From Bispira polyomma (lineage: Eukaryota): a stretch of 64,000 bases of DNA. Numbering within the stretch: the first letter of the stretch is position 1; each line of letters begins with the position of its first letter. Below are positions 50,401 to 64,000 of the stretch, piece after piece. The stretch lies in NCBI GenBank assembly GCA_965649765.1, contig OZ287754.1:37448001-37512000 (forward strand), written 5' to 3'. Made by a program: the position numbers and the translations under genes. Under the pieces are notes generated by a model that searched no databases, had not been told where the DNA came from, and saw only the letters and a list, made by a program, of their open reading frames with translations.

Positions 50401-51125
50401 CTTTAATATCTACGAGTTTTCAAGCTGAGCCTGGTCAAAACTATTGCAATTGAATGTAATGTTTGTAATTTGAGCTATTTACCAGGGACACATCAGTAAA
50501 ATAATTTTACTAAGACTAATCACAGCTATTCTTAAAGTAAATTGCATCAACCATGCAGCATCCGTGAGAATTATTGATCATTCATCAGGTATTTTTTGAA
50601 GAAACAACATCTCTAATTTTTGCCATTTTTACCCATCTTACTAATTCTTAGTATCTCCTTGTATGTTAATGCGGTTTTATACTCATAAAATATATATACC
50701 AGATGTTTTCAGATTTAGAGTAGCCAATTACTATGATGCCTAACTGAATCTTTGAAAAGCGGATTAAATAGGTTGTTAACACAGAAGAACCATTAAATTC
50801 ACAGTTTCAGGCGGTCTGTATAGATCTTACATCCATGCTTAAACTCAAATACCTATTACATCAAATGTCCTATTAAAGGAAATACCTTAGGCTTGTAATT
50901 AACCATTTTAATGGAGCTCACAGCGAAAAAGTCGATTGTGTAGTCAAGTTTAAGCTATTTTTATTGTGCAGAAAGAAACAGAAGGGAGTAATTTTGAGAT
51001 TATATGACTTTAAGTTTTAAAGACATTAAACAGTTCAAACAACAATTTATACTCTATAATCCCTCAAAGAAATCATAGCACAACAATAGTTCCTCTCATT
51101 AAGCAAGCGGCTTAATATAACATTT

Positions 51126-52462
51126 AGTCCTTAGGCTATTTCTGAAAAAAATATTTCATGGCCAACTCTACCATATTAGGTTTATTGGTCTTATTTTGTA
51201 GATTTTTATATCAGAAAAAATGTCAAACCAGGCAACCCTGTGTCAAAGTGTCCAAAAAATGAAAAAAAAGTAAAATTCAAGATAGCTGCCACGTCAATAC
51301 ATGAAATCCAATTTTTATCATATCTGAACTTCTAAACCAGCTTGAAACTTTTTTGTGTCTATACCTATGTTTTAGGGGTCAAGGAATCTAATAAAGTACA
51401 TATGAATAATATTTACCCAACATTTATAGAAAAGTACACTGATTTTCCTCTGTCATGGGTAAAGGCATGTCATGTTCAGTGCCGTTTGAGTTTGTGCAGT
51501 GCAATCATTTCTTTTTGTCAAAATGATTAGAAGATTCAAGGTATTATCAATGCAAAGGCCATCAGTTAACACTTTGTTGTACATGAAGATGTAAGAATAC
51601 TTCAGTAAAAGTATGTATTATACAACTTCTAACATTTTAGTCATTTTAGCTGAAATTTGAATACATAATATACCCTCAGTAGATTCATGCTTAATATCTA
51701 AATCATGTGCATCTATTATGCCAGTTGGTTGATCTGAAATTATGAATTTTAGTTAATAGGCACATCTCAAAAAATAATAGTACCACAAATCTTACTACTA
51801 TAGATATATTCATCAAAAAGAAAGCATAAACATTCAGTATATTGACATAACACCATCTAACATCCTTAGATTTCTTCTATTTGACCTATATTTTTTATAT
51901 TATAACAAACTTCTGTCATATCATAAATAAATAACTAGCCCAGTTTAACATATACTGACATTTTTTTACATACTGCATAACACTAATTTACTCCGGGGAT
52001 TACATAGTTCCCATATTCACTTACTCAATATCAATTTCATCGTTTGTGGCAAAGTCATCGGTATGACAGCAATCATCATTACACATACAGACTACCATAC
52101 AAGAGTATCCCTTTTGTCGATGACATTTCTTTGTGCTACAAGGAGTGGGAGACTTCAAAGAACACTTCACTATGTCTAGCACTTTCTTTGCCGCACATGG
52201 TTGGGACATCCACAAAATGGATATGTCACTTCCATTTATAATCCATCCATGACCATGTGGGGAGGGAATACCCATTTGACTTTCCAAACATCTCTTCCAG
52301 ATTGTAGCTTGACAGTTTGCTCTTCATGTGCAGAATGGCCCTATCATGGCATGAAGGCAGCTTTGTGATATCGGTGGTTTGCCTATTCCATTTGGCATTC
52401 CATCAGAGATTTGGCCACAAAATATTTTTAAGCCTCTCCTGAGAAATAGCCTAGGGAGAAAT
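51126..52462 (-). mobile_element. Internally deleted TIR DNA transposon with a remnant CXC (tesmin-like) ORF C-terminus
   Basis: TIRs CC(T/C)TAGGCTATTTCT plus subterminal AAAAATATTT..TGGCCAA; absent in copy A (45771-45797); ORF 52021..52287 PSP.GHGW...W...C...C..KC....C..C.C..C, preceded by LP......H.KRANCQA.IW. Confidence 0.8.
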
Positions 52463-52914
52463 TATTGTCACTTCCTCTAACTAAAGAAAATAACATGCTC
52501 TTAAAGAAACCTGCATTCGATCCCAGATACAAAGTGGCTTTGATGATTGTTTAAATGATGGCCAAGTCAATTTGATAAATCGTCATCCTCAAGCCTCTGT
52601 TTTCAGTCCAGGTAATAACATTTACTAATACTGGTTGACTTCACTTGGAGAGTAAAAAGATAAATTATTGCTTTAAATAACAGATATAGTTAAAATAAAT
52701 ACTTTAATACCAGGATTAATGAGAGTTAAAACTGCAATGAGACGACATCAAAGTCTTCATTATCATATCTGGCTCTCTAAATGGCTATATTTTTTTCCAT
52801 ATAAGCTATGTGACCTTTTTTATTTTTTTTAACCCATACCTCAATTAGATAGCAATTATAAGAAACCAATGTGACTAAAGGAAATATTGTTACTCTTCTA
52901 TGTTTTGTGATGAA

Positions 52915-53135
52915 GTGATGTTGGATCTAGTGGTTACAAGTGTCTTCTTCAAAATAACTGGCGTCTTACCTCTGACAAGAGGGGTATCGAATCCCATTGT
53001 TTCCTTCACATGTGAAGTTTGCCAGGCACTTGCTGTAGTTAGGTGGTTTCTAGTACAAAAAGTACTGGTTTCCTCCACTAATAAATATGGCTATCAAAAT
53101 ATGACCAAAGATATTCAAAAGACATAAAAACAGAA
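52915..53135 (+). mobile_element. Old SINE shared by all three duplicated copies (also about 46500-46676 and 59868-60070)
   Basis: CTAGTGGTT A-box, TCGAATCC B-box, GTGAAGTTTGCCAGG core, GGTTTCCTCCAC..ATAAA..ATATGACC tail. Confidence 0.7.
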
Positions 53136-53388
53136 ACAGTTTCAAAAGTCATGAACTATTAAAGTTTTCTTTGTTCCTGGACTATGCTTTTGCATACTGA
53201 CTGGGATGTGCATTACACAGGATGTTTAGTCATCTATTGTGGCACTATATAAGTAAACATTTACATTTGACAAACAAACCAACAGACATATGCAAAAAGA
53301 AATATACTATCCCTGGCTGAAAAAAGGATATGTAACTGTGATATATTTTATCCTAGCTCTAGCATCGACAAAGAATATATGTAATCGA

Positions 53389-56300
53389 TGTTTGGTGTCA
53401 AACCAGAGTTTTTCTAAGTGGAGAGAACCTCATTGGATACAGGTGTGATTTAAGAGTGATAGAATAATGGAGAACAGAGAGGGTGCCTGGAATATCAGTA
53501 ATGGTAACTTACTCCTCAACCTCCCCACGACTTTGCCCTCACTCAAGTCTGTCCAGTAAATTACACTGCTTTAAGGAAAAGTTATAGGGGTGAATTGGAC
53601 CATAAAACAACATATGTGCTGTACTCTGCTACTGAGACTAAGGAGAGCAAGGGCAGCAGGAGTGGTGATGGAAATAAAGCTAACCCACTATGTATTGGCT
53701 AAATGAGGTAAGGGGCCATTGATAGTCCCAGTGAGAGAAAGCTAATGATAGTCCCAAGGAAACGCAACTTTACTCAGAGAGTGGCCCTCCAGCTGATGCT
53801 GAAGTTTTTATCAACATTTTTTTATCAAAGATGTCAACAAGTTGGGTAGGTCATTGCTAGATATACATGGTTGCTAAAATGGACTAAAATCAAGAACCAA
53901 ATTGGATTTAGCTATATTTTAGTCAAAGTTAACCCAACTGAGCACATTTGGGTCGCTGTAAGCCAATTTTTATGTGCCTTGTCGAAATAATTGTTTGAAT
54001 TATGTTAAATACATATATAACTACATATTATACGCTAAATAGTTAAGATGTATTTCAGAAAAAAAATGTAACAACTTATACTGCATATTACTCCGTCATG
54101 TGAGTAATATTCAATAAGTTTGCCTTGGGACATTATTTGAGTTTTAGACATTAGTGAGTTATGGCAACCTTGTTAAAACTGACATAGAAACAATTTCCTA
54201 ACACATCTGGGTAATTTTCTTTTAAAGAATATGAGGTTTGATGGAGTTCAGATCCAATTGGTAATTGAACCCGTATACATTTACACAGGTGTATCAGGTA
54301 TACAGGTGTAGCCTTACCCAGTCAGACGTCATGCAATTTAGATTAACAATATCAATTGTGTAATACGATTTCTTCGACAACAGGTTCTTGTCTTTGTTAC
54401 GTTAAAAAAATACTACACTGAAAATACATAAGTAAATAATTAGCATTTAATATAGCGCAGGTATTAACAACACAGTTATCTATTTGCTTTGACAAAATAA
54501 CTCAAGCCTGGGTTCTTCCAGTTGTCAATCAATGACAGTATCAGCTCATTCAGGAAGCATACCAGCTCTGCTGCCACATATGGCTTACAAAGAATAACAA
54601 CCATTAGCGACCAGGTACCCATTTATACACCTGGGTAGAGAGCGATAACTTTTTGTAAAGTATTATGTCCACAGATACAATGACCAGGCCAGCAATGAAG
54701 ACTGGACAGGGACCCTCAGATCTTTCACATCAAAAGTCCAACACTCCAACCGCTATGTACATTTGCCTGTTATTATCTGCCATTATCCTTTTCATTACCC
54801 ATGTGCAAACAATCAGCACCAGAAGAATGACTATTTGTCAATATCCTCCAGGTTCTTTAATCTGCCACTGTTGAAAGGACCTAATGTCAACATTACTGCC
54901 ATTTTGAGTCGTTATCTGACACAGTATGTATCTTCTCTTACCTAAGTGTCCCAGTATGGGATCGAACCCAGGTCATCTGCAATTTCCATAGTGTGACTTA
55001 GATTTTAAACCCTAAATCAAAGCTATATTTATAGCTATATAAGTTCACAGGAACTGCTGTTATCAAGAGCCACAGATTTAAATCTTTAATTTCCTGGTAT
55101 TATTTGAGCCCTGCCATCACTTGCATGTGCACAGCTAAGGAATCTGTGATTGTTTCTTAGTAAATTGAATTTCAGTGTCTCCAAAGTGGCATAGTATTAG
55201 TATTTATTGGACTTCAGATTTCTCCAACTGGAATTGAATTTGTTCCCTAATAAAATCGAGGAAACCTAGTTCCAAAAGTTGATTTTTTTTAACATGCTGT
55301 GTTTACTTATTAATTGGTTTGTAAAAATTGGAGGTGTTTTTGAAACTGAATTGCAATATTAGCCAGACAGATACATGGTTGGCTTCCTTACTAACGGAGC
55401 TGAAGTTTCTAAAATTATGCTGTGGGCTTGTAATATAATACTGTGACTCTAGTATTTTGATGTGGTATTCATAAATATTCTTAAAATACAATTTTTAGAT
55501 TTTTCTTTGTTTGAATTCGTTAAAGCAACATTTTCAGCCAATCAAATTGTTTGAGACAAAACTTGGATCATAAGAATATTTATGAATACCAGTCAAGATA
55601 TAACAAGACAAACAGTTCCTAATGCTACAGAAATGATTAAGTCTAAAAGTAAGGTTTGGCTTAAGATATGTAGGGGTGAATATGACCTTCTTACACGTCT
55701 AATATACACATGCAAACATTTTTGTTCTTGACTTAGTATCTCGATCTGTAGTTCTGGCCTTCTTGTACAACGTAATTTAAAAACTATACTAAACATGTGT
55801 TGATGTTTTCAAGATAAGGACATATTTTTATGATAATAGTAAGTGACTGTGCTATATATGTAGTTGATAGATCAACATATGAAAGCTTAGTATTCCTCAC
55901 TCTTTTAGCCCACTGCAGCCAAAAAGTCCAATAATGTCCAAATTGATGACAACAGATACAGAGAACTAATTCTGCAGTAGAATTTTAGAAGACGACCCCC
56001 AAATATTGGGAAAAGCTGTGCTGAATCAATTGTCATGAATGCATTTTTATTTATCATGCTAGGATCTTGTCATTTTGTAAAAAAGATGCCTGGGGTAATG
56101 TTAGGAACTTGGTTGCACAAGGAAAAAATAAGAGCAATGGACTTCTCCGTACTGAGATAGTCAGCCCAAGGCTTAGATCTTACTGATAGTTGGATGTTGT
56201 AGGATGATGGAGCAAGTTAAAGGCATTATCTATCATTAGAGAAGATGTTTGACATATTGCAACAAATGTAACTGGTATAGTGAGATGTAATTACTCTCTT

Positions 56301-59300
56301 CACTACACAATTGCTGATTTATAGTGATGACTGAAAGTTTTATCCTGACAGTTTGCAATTGAGGTTGAAAATGACCACAAGTCAATGGATGTTTCTAGTT
56401 TATAAATCTGAATAAGTTCCACAATTTAGTAACTACAAATATATTTTGTCAGATGTAACCATCAATCCTAATAATAAGCAGCTATCTTCATATTAAACTT
56501 TAAACTTCATACTAAATGTTGCAGAATTAACAAACTATCAATACAAGTATTTTGAGATTATAACATAATCATTAATATATGTAACTACATATGTGTTCAA
56601 TATCAAAACGTCAGAGACCGATACCAAATTACAGTTGGGCTTGATTTAGTCACCCATGCCACAATTGTAATTATAGCAGGTGCATTTTGGAATTGTGTAA
56701 TTATTTATATGACAGAGTAGGTAATGCTGCCCTGCAAATCACATCAGATGGGTATTTCTTTCTCAGAAGGCTGTTTTATTTCCTCTGTATTTACTTTCCC
56801 CCCCAATAAATATGATGGTGCATCACCTGCTTGTTTGACTAGAGGAAATGGACCGAATGACATAATTTGTGTCAAACTCCTAATCCAATATCTCTTTGTC
56901 TATATTTGGTTTGGCTCAAAATATCAAAAGATTCACTTGATCATTATTCACATTCCAACCCCCACAAAATGATAAAACCAGAGATGGCAATCAGACAGTA
57001 GCCTATAAATGGACATTCAACTCCAGATTTACAAGTTGTATGTGGCCACAAAGTTCAGGAAATCTGTCATTTGCATATATTTATGTGCTGCTGATTTTCT
57101 CCCTATGTCAGACTTCCAAATGTTACTCCCTTATCCTATAATATTTACAAATCTGCAACAATAAAAACACCATGGGGTTAGAAACCACTATTGGAGCAGT
57201 GACTTTGCTTCAGCTGCCACTGATAACAAGTTATTTTTGTGGGTTTTTTTTTAATTGACAACTAAACCAATTGGTGGTGGTTTTTGGTCTTTCGGTAGCT
57301 TCTAACAAGAGTAATCTGGTTCTTTAAAGAACACACATTTATTATAAGATAATTTATATTATGTCTTCTAAATTTATTAAAACTGTGCTACCCTTTCAGT
57401 AAAGTATGGATTGCCCTTATTCTGATTCTTAAATAATCTGTAAGCTATGTTTTATTACTCATAGGGAAATGAACCGGTAGTTAAGTTGCAAATAGTAAAA
57501 CGTACTGCTTGGTTTGTAGTGTCCAAAATCAGCTAATGTTTAGAATTTTACCGCATAGCATACTTAAGGCTTTAACTTGATGGAAAGACTATCATGAAAA
57601 TTACATATTTCACCTATCCACAGTTTTTTCCATTGTGTTTCCTAAATAGCTACTTATTATGCAAATTGTCTGTACTGATTTAGTTACAACTTCTGTGAGT
57701 AAGTTTTCTTGCACTATCAATTTCAACAAAGCATAAAGCAGCCTAGTTGTAGTAGTAAGTGTGGTTTTATTAAAGACACACAGTGAAGAATCTCCAGACG
57801 CAGAATTTTAATGGTTTTGTCGAGTCTGGGGTTTTTTTCAACTCAGTTCTCATTGGGTAAGTTGAGCCAGTGCATTGCACATCACCAGGTGACTTGTATA
57901 ACACTTACACAAAGAACTATGCGACACAGTTTTCAATTATTCAAGACACACCCTCCCCTGACCCCCGTACTGCAGACACTACTACTTAAACAAAAGTAGT
58001 GGAATGTAGATCCTATGCAAAACAGTGTCTGTAGTTGCTTTAAAGTATCTTAAGAGTTAACCAACCCAAAAGAGAGAATTGTGTGAAGATTGCTGGTCAT
58101 ATGTAAACATTAAATATTTATGTCAAGTAACTCTTTTAGAAGTGATCCTTGTAAATCATAACACTTGGATCAATTGTAACGCCCAGTTACCATATTTACA
58201 ATCAAAAAGTGTGGTTAACAATAATTTACTAATCATAGAAAACTGGCTATTCTTGGATAAAACTGTAGTGGCATGTACAGAGCCTTAAGCTTTAATAAGT
58301 TAGTTTAGCTGAGGATGTTCAAAACTATCTTAGTTTAGCCTCGATTGTGTCCGTACAGTTATGTATCGTAGCGATATAGATCTACAGCAGTATGTATGGC
58401 AATTGTATGAAATCTGTGTTATTTGAGCTGTTTTATAGGTTAGCGTTGGTAAAATTACTTTACAAAGACTAATCGCATATTTATAAAGTAAACAGCACCA
58501 ACCTAGAGCATCCGTGAGAATTCTTGCATTCTTAGATATCTGGACACAATCCATCCCAAAATCACCTTCTAATCTGTGTAAATTGGCATAGACACCATGG
58601 CTATTATTTTGACTAGTCTTATCTCCACCTTAGTACAAACAGATAGGTAGTTTTAAGGTGCCAAACGAAAAACCTCTTTAGTTGACGCCATTTTTACTTA
58701 TCTTACAAATCCTTAGTACCTCCTTGTATGTGGTACCTACGATAAAATGTGCTATGTAATATAGGGTACCATTTAATACTTTTTGGGGATTTTCTAAAAA
58801 TCTTATAGCACTCTTTTTAAATTAGGAAACTAAGCAACCGTGCTTTATAGATAATTTATACAATTTAGTAGGTGGAACACATACCTTTTACCCCTTAAGG
58901 AGCAGCACCAACATGGATTGAGCAGCAGTAAAAATATCAGACAGTGAGGCTTTATACTCATAAAATATTTAGACCAGATGTTCATTAAGCAGACCAGTAA
59001 CTCACTGAGGGAATACCAAATTTAGAAACCAGCCCATTTTAGTTGTAACTTATTTAACAATATCCAAGTATGTGTATGCGCAGTGGACCTTACAACATCT
59101 ACTATGTGGACAGTTTGTTAAACAGATGGGTGCATACTAAAATACTTTGGTACTATTCCCAGAATACCTTTTCATCAATGACAACCACTACACAACTGTC
59201 TTTGTGTAAGACTCGACTTCTGTGATATCACACAGTATACAATTGTCCTCCAAAAGCATACCCTGCATCTTTGAGTGGCCAATTACCATATTGCAAGTGC

Positions 59301-60093
59301 CTAACTACAACATTGAAAAGCTGATTAATTAAGTTGATTTCTTTAAATATCCAATGAATTCATAGTTTCGAGTTTCAAGCAGTGTCTATAGATTTGTGGA
59401 GTTTTATAAGCGACTGCATTTGTCAAAGGTCTTGTCAAAGATCTTACATTCATGCATTAACTCAAATAACTCATTAAATAAAATAACATGTTCTTAGTGA
59501 ACCTGAATTCTATCCCAGGTACTGGCACATACAAAGTGGCTTGGACGATTGTTTAAATGATGGCCTATTAAATAACCTTGGATCCATTCAATTTGATAAA
59601 TCGTCATCCTCAACATCTGTTGTCAGTCCGGGTATTAATATTTGCTGGCACTGGATCACTGTATTTTGATAGTAAAAAAGGTTAATTAATTATTGCAGTA
59701 AATACCAGACAAAGTTAAAATATAAACTCATGTGAATAATAACCCTGGATTAATGAGACCCAAACATCTATGAGACGACATCAAGGGCTTAATTACCATA
59801 CTTAACTCTCTAAATGGCTCTATTTGTTTCCCACATACTTTAAGTAGATAGTTATTTTGTGATGAATTGCTGTTGGATCTGGTGGTTACAAGTGTCTTCT
59901 TTAATATAACTGGCATCTTACCTCAGAGAAGAGTAGTATTGAATTCCACTATTCCTTCACATATGAAGTTTGCCAGGTACTTGCTGAAGGTAGGGAGTAT
60001 CCAGTTCCTAAGCCAATAAATCTGACTATCACAACATGACCAGAAATGTTGAAAGTGACATAAAAAAACCTAAATATATTCAAAAGTCATGAA
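53389..60093. repeat. Tandem segmental duplication, copy C (most complete, fewest insertions)
   Basis: Collinear with copies A and B throughout. Confidence 0.92.
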
Positions 60094-63000
60094 AAGCGTC
60101 TTGTGGTCCTATTCTTTGTTATCAAAAATCCCAGTTAGTTTATGGTGTGTAAGTGGCAGGTTATTATCACACCATAATACAGAGTGTGGGTGGTTCCATT
60201 GAGTCTGTAGCTCAGTGATATGACTTGAACCATTAGTTGTCTATAGGGATCAAGACAAATCAATTTCTCCACTGCTTACCAGGGTTTAAGTTTTTCGGGT
60301 GAGATTAAACAGATATCAGGAGAAATTAGAGTTTTTTTAAAAGGGTTATTTTCATAGTCATCTCTTTTTCCAGTGCCTGAAACAACTCAATTATATAATC
60401 AAGTTATTCAAATATTATTATAATACTGAATTAAGTGGCCTTCTTCAATGTATGCTTTAAATGGATCATTTAAAATTACTACTCTATTTCCAAATATTAC
60501 CATAACGGTCGAAGTCTGATTTAATTATAAAACCTAATTTGACCATCTTCCAGAGTAGCACATATTACCATATTTCCAAACTATCAATTTCCCAAATTTT
60601 ACTGCACACAAATAGAAAATATTAAAAAGCTGATTTTTTCCCTATCAACTATGGTATATATTTAGCTAATACCCATTCTTAGAAACGTTTCTCAAGTAAA
60701 CCATAACCATTCTACTAAGAATATTGAGCTAGAAATGGAGAGACCCAAACTTAGACATCCACTTGAATGCCATGGTTAGCACAAAGTCTGTACATTGTTC
60801 ACTGAGCCAGAAATAAAGCTCCCAGAAAATCCGCCCCATATCCCAGCCATCTTCTGTGTACATCCAGATCATAAACAATCATAACTTGGCATTTGCCTAA
60901 TACAGCAACCCTATTCCGACAGAAGTGACTCTGTGTTTCTCATGAATAAAACATGTGTAAAACGTGCGCCGGATGTAATTCTCACAAAACCCCACTTGAT
61001 GGAAGATAACAATCTTTATAAACGACATTATCACCCCGTAATGAACCCCACCAGGGCTGGAGCTCTGCAAATTATATCTACTTTAAGGACAGAAACAATT
61101 AGTTTTTTTGTTGTTTCAATAGTCTGTGGTTTGTACTGGAGGGTATGGCAATTATTTATATATCTTCTCTTAAGGTTGTAGACTATGATTTTAGGTTTAA
61201 GTTACCAGAAGTATAGATTTAGTTTGAGATATGACATCGGGATAATGGAAGTTATAAAGCTAAGGAAGAAATAGTGTTGACAGAAAACAAGTGAGAAGTC
61301 TATTATGGCAGAGTAAATAGCATAAATCTTTGCGACAGACTTACTGTAAGCTGATGACATAACCTTGATGTGCAAGATACAGTATATTTTGCCACATTTG
61401 TCAAATTGGCATATGTACATATTCTAAAGGTGAGTCGTTTTTTCCTGCATTTTAAAATAAACTTAACCATACGATTTTAAAATGATAAAGCAATCTATAT
61501 TATTTCACATAATTAGTAGTAAGGTGAAATGAAACCAAAATTTACACAATGGATAAAAATCTCACACCATGAACAAATAGATTTAAGGAAAACCTTATGT
61601 CCTAGTCACAAACTCAAGAATTTGGTTTATTGGCTAGAAGTGTTTTTATTGAGCATAGAGTCCCAAAAAGAAATGTTGTGGTTACTTAGTATACAGTTGC
61701 CTTGTTTTAGTAAGTAACATATGGCAACCGGATATGACAAGGGTATATCTTTAAATAGTACTGGTTTGTCAGACATGAACAACTGAAATTTGAGGATATT
61801 TACAGGGTTGTACAATTAGGCAGATACACCCACACCCCTGAAATTGAAAATATGGGATTTACCTAATTTGTAGGCGATGTTAACGCCATTCAGCACTTTA
61901 GGCTCATTTATCAAGGGATGCACAACCTTCAGATTTAATTGATTTGTCATAGCCTTTATACTTAAACAGTGGAGAACTTTACCCCAATAACCTCACAGAC
62001 CTTTGTTTAGAGCATGCGTCAAAGGATGTCAGCTACTGTACAGGCCATAGGCTTTTATTTAATATAGCCAACAAGCTAACCGTAGTGAAATATCTGATAA
62101 TTAGATTAAAAGAGTTTCTTTGAAATATATTATAGCTTGGTTTTGCAACATTGGTTTTACAGTTATAAAGTTAGTATTTATTTTTTATTTTAGTTCACAG
62201 TGACTGTAACATCTACAATGCAGTCACAACTCAGTTAAGGATTTCTGTTGCCTTATAGGGAATGACTCTTTCTTCAATACAGAACAAATGAAATTTAATA
62301 GATCAATTTTTTTTGTATTAAATAAGTTATCTGTGCTATGTATTTATTTTGCTTGACCCTCTAACAACACGTTTTGTGAAATGATAACGGAATAAATTTG
62401 CCATACTTCCTCCTGACAAAATCCCACCACATTGATCTTTTTCTGCTTTACTTTAAAAAAAGTTCACCTTTTTGTGGAAAGCTCATTTCACCAGGATATC
62501 AATTTTGACATGATTAGATTATAAATCACAATGTTTGACATTCGCATTCATCACTATGATGACAGGTGGTTTGCTGGTCCATTTACATGATCTGTCTCAA
62601 TCCAACAAATGTCTCCCTATTCTGTTTAAAAATACATGGTGAAATTACACATAGGAATAGTGGGAATAATTATTTTCTTGAATATTCAAAACGCAACGTT
62701 ACCGCCATAATTATATTATACTATGGCCACTTAATGGATAAAATCAAGTCTAATTTTGGAGCTAATTTAATGTAATGTAAATTCCCAAATAAAAGTATAC
62801 ATAATGCACTGGCAAGGGCCAGATTAGATTGTAAAGACTGGTGGTGTTTGAATCATGAGGTCCAATTGCCTCCTCTTATTTGCTACAATTTGCTGTAGAC
62901 TCACAACAATAACACTCATTTTCGTGGCAATTGTATTTTTATGTATGGCAACCGGAGAAAGTGAAACTAGAAAATGAACACTCACTGTCCCTGTCCTTCT

Positions 63001-63120
63001 AATTTTGACATAAATGTAACCAAAGCGATAATGATTGGTATATGATTACTTTTGAGACACTACTTTTTATTATATCTACGAAATTAACGTTTGACATTTG
63101 GCCTGCAAAACTACTATTAT

Positions 63121-63665
63121 AGCCCAGTCATACCTACACGTGCTATCGTCTCACAACTGAGCAAAACAATATATCTAAAATGGGGTAGTTTCATGTCAAA
63201 ATGACATGTATTCGATTTCTGACTTTTAGTGATGTTTTTGTTATGTTGGTACTTATACACTTGGAGCAGGATAAAAAAACAAAGATTTTACTGGTAGGAT
63301 ATCACTACCTACTACGTAGCCCTACTGTACTGCTACTTCTGGCTGCGTTCTGGTGCGTTATGATGCTTAGTGAAACGTTCCACGACAAATACAGATGAGT
63401 AGAAATGAATCACTACTTACTGCTACTTACTGCTACTTACACAGACGATTGGAGATGTCCTTGAAAAACAGAGAGCTCAATAATCATGGTATCAAAGCAA
63501 ACGGAGGTGTTTCCGGAATGATATCATTCGTTAAGCAACGTCCGGGAAAGAATGCACCAGGGATCTTCACTTTTGTATTACCTTCTACTACGTCTGTACT
63601 GGGTTTCTAAACAATTGAAAACGTCACACACACGTAGCTCCAGCACGTGTAGGTGTGACTGGGCT
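63121..63665. mobile_element. MITE with 24-bp terminal inverted repeats (PIF/Harbinger-like)
   Basis: AGCCCAGTCATACCTACACGTGCT at 63121 versus AGCACGTGTAGGTGTGACTGGGCT ending at 63665 (one mismatch); internal (CTACTTACTG)3. Confidence 0.85.
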
Positions 63666-64000
63666 AATACTAACCTGCAACCAATGTATAGGCCTATGAC
63701 ATGCGCCATATGATATTTTAACAGTTGTGGTGGGAACATTGACTGCATAGTTCTCTTGAATCTTTGTCAGTTCAATCTCCTCTTTACTTAATCCAGATTC
63801 CATCCTTTTGAATATCTTCAGTTAATTAACTGTGTATTTGTTGTAAGTGTAAGGTTTGTGAATCTTTTACAATCAAATACCACACATTGTTACTGATATA
63901 TTCAACATATGATATCCTTGGTAAATAAAGTAGTTTAAACAATGGTCAAACCATGTAATCTCTTTTTGAGGGTAAAGTATAAGATGATAAATAAAAAATC

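Larger units (their letters stand above)
46677..53156. repeat. Tandem segmental duplication, copy B (lacks the first 1.9 kb of the unit)
   Basis: Begins TGTGTTACCCACTAGGCCA, equivalent to 36651 in copy A; ends TTCAAAAGTCATGAA, equivalent to about 60093 in copy C. Confidence 0.92.

Noticed and set aside
52906-52980. Box C/D snoRNA-like GTGATGA...CTGA
   Set aside because: Overlaps the tRNA-derived head of an old SINE, and the boxes are not kept in copy C.
60100-63100. Short ORFs in the right-hand end
   Set aside because: Low-complexity AT-rich translations with no motifs or convincing exon structure.

Overview
AT-rich eukaryotic genomic DNA, most likely from a marine invertebrate such as a mollusc (inferred from the repeat and gene content), not prokaryotic. 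The left half holds two spliced minus-strand genes that I assembled by hand with consistent reading phases. One is a 3-exon LITAF-domain gene (3319-7510). The other is an 8-9 exon gene (11968 to about 31744) that joins a divergent N-terminal TIR domain to a TMEM268-like membrane domain through a GC-AG intron. The possible 3' end of a convergent plus-strand gene lies at 461-1918. Three minisatellites are tandem copies of an exon end (two splice donors, one stop codon). Introns carry a decayed tyrosine-recombinase (Ngaro/DIRS-type) retrotransposon, L2/CR1-like LINE fragments, SINEs and MITEs. The right half (34.8-60.1 kb) is three diverged tandem copies of a non-coding unit of about 6.5 kb that is dense in plus-strand stem-loops, a candidate large structured RNA. 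Each copy has private insertions. The most striking is a 5'-truncated, RT-deleted L1/Tx1-type element that carries a NADAR (YbiA-like ADP-ribosylhydrolase) domain. All calls were made by eye; no database searches or folding were run.
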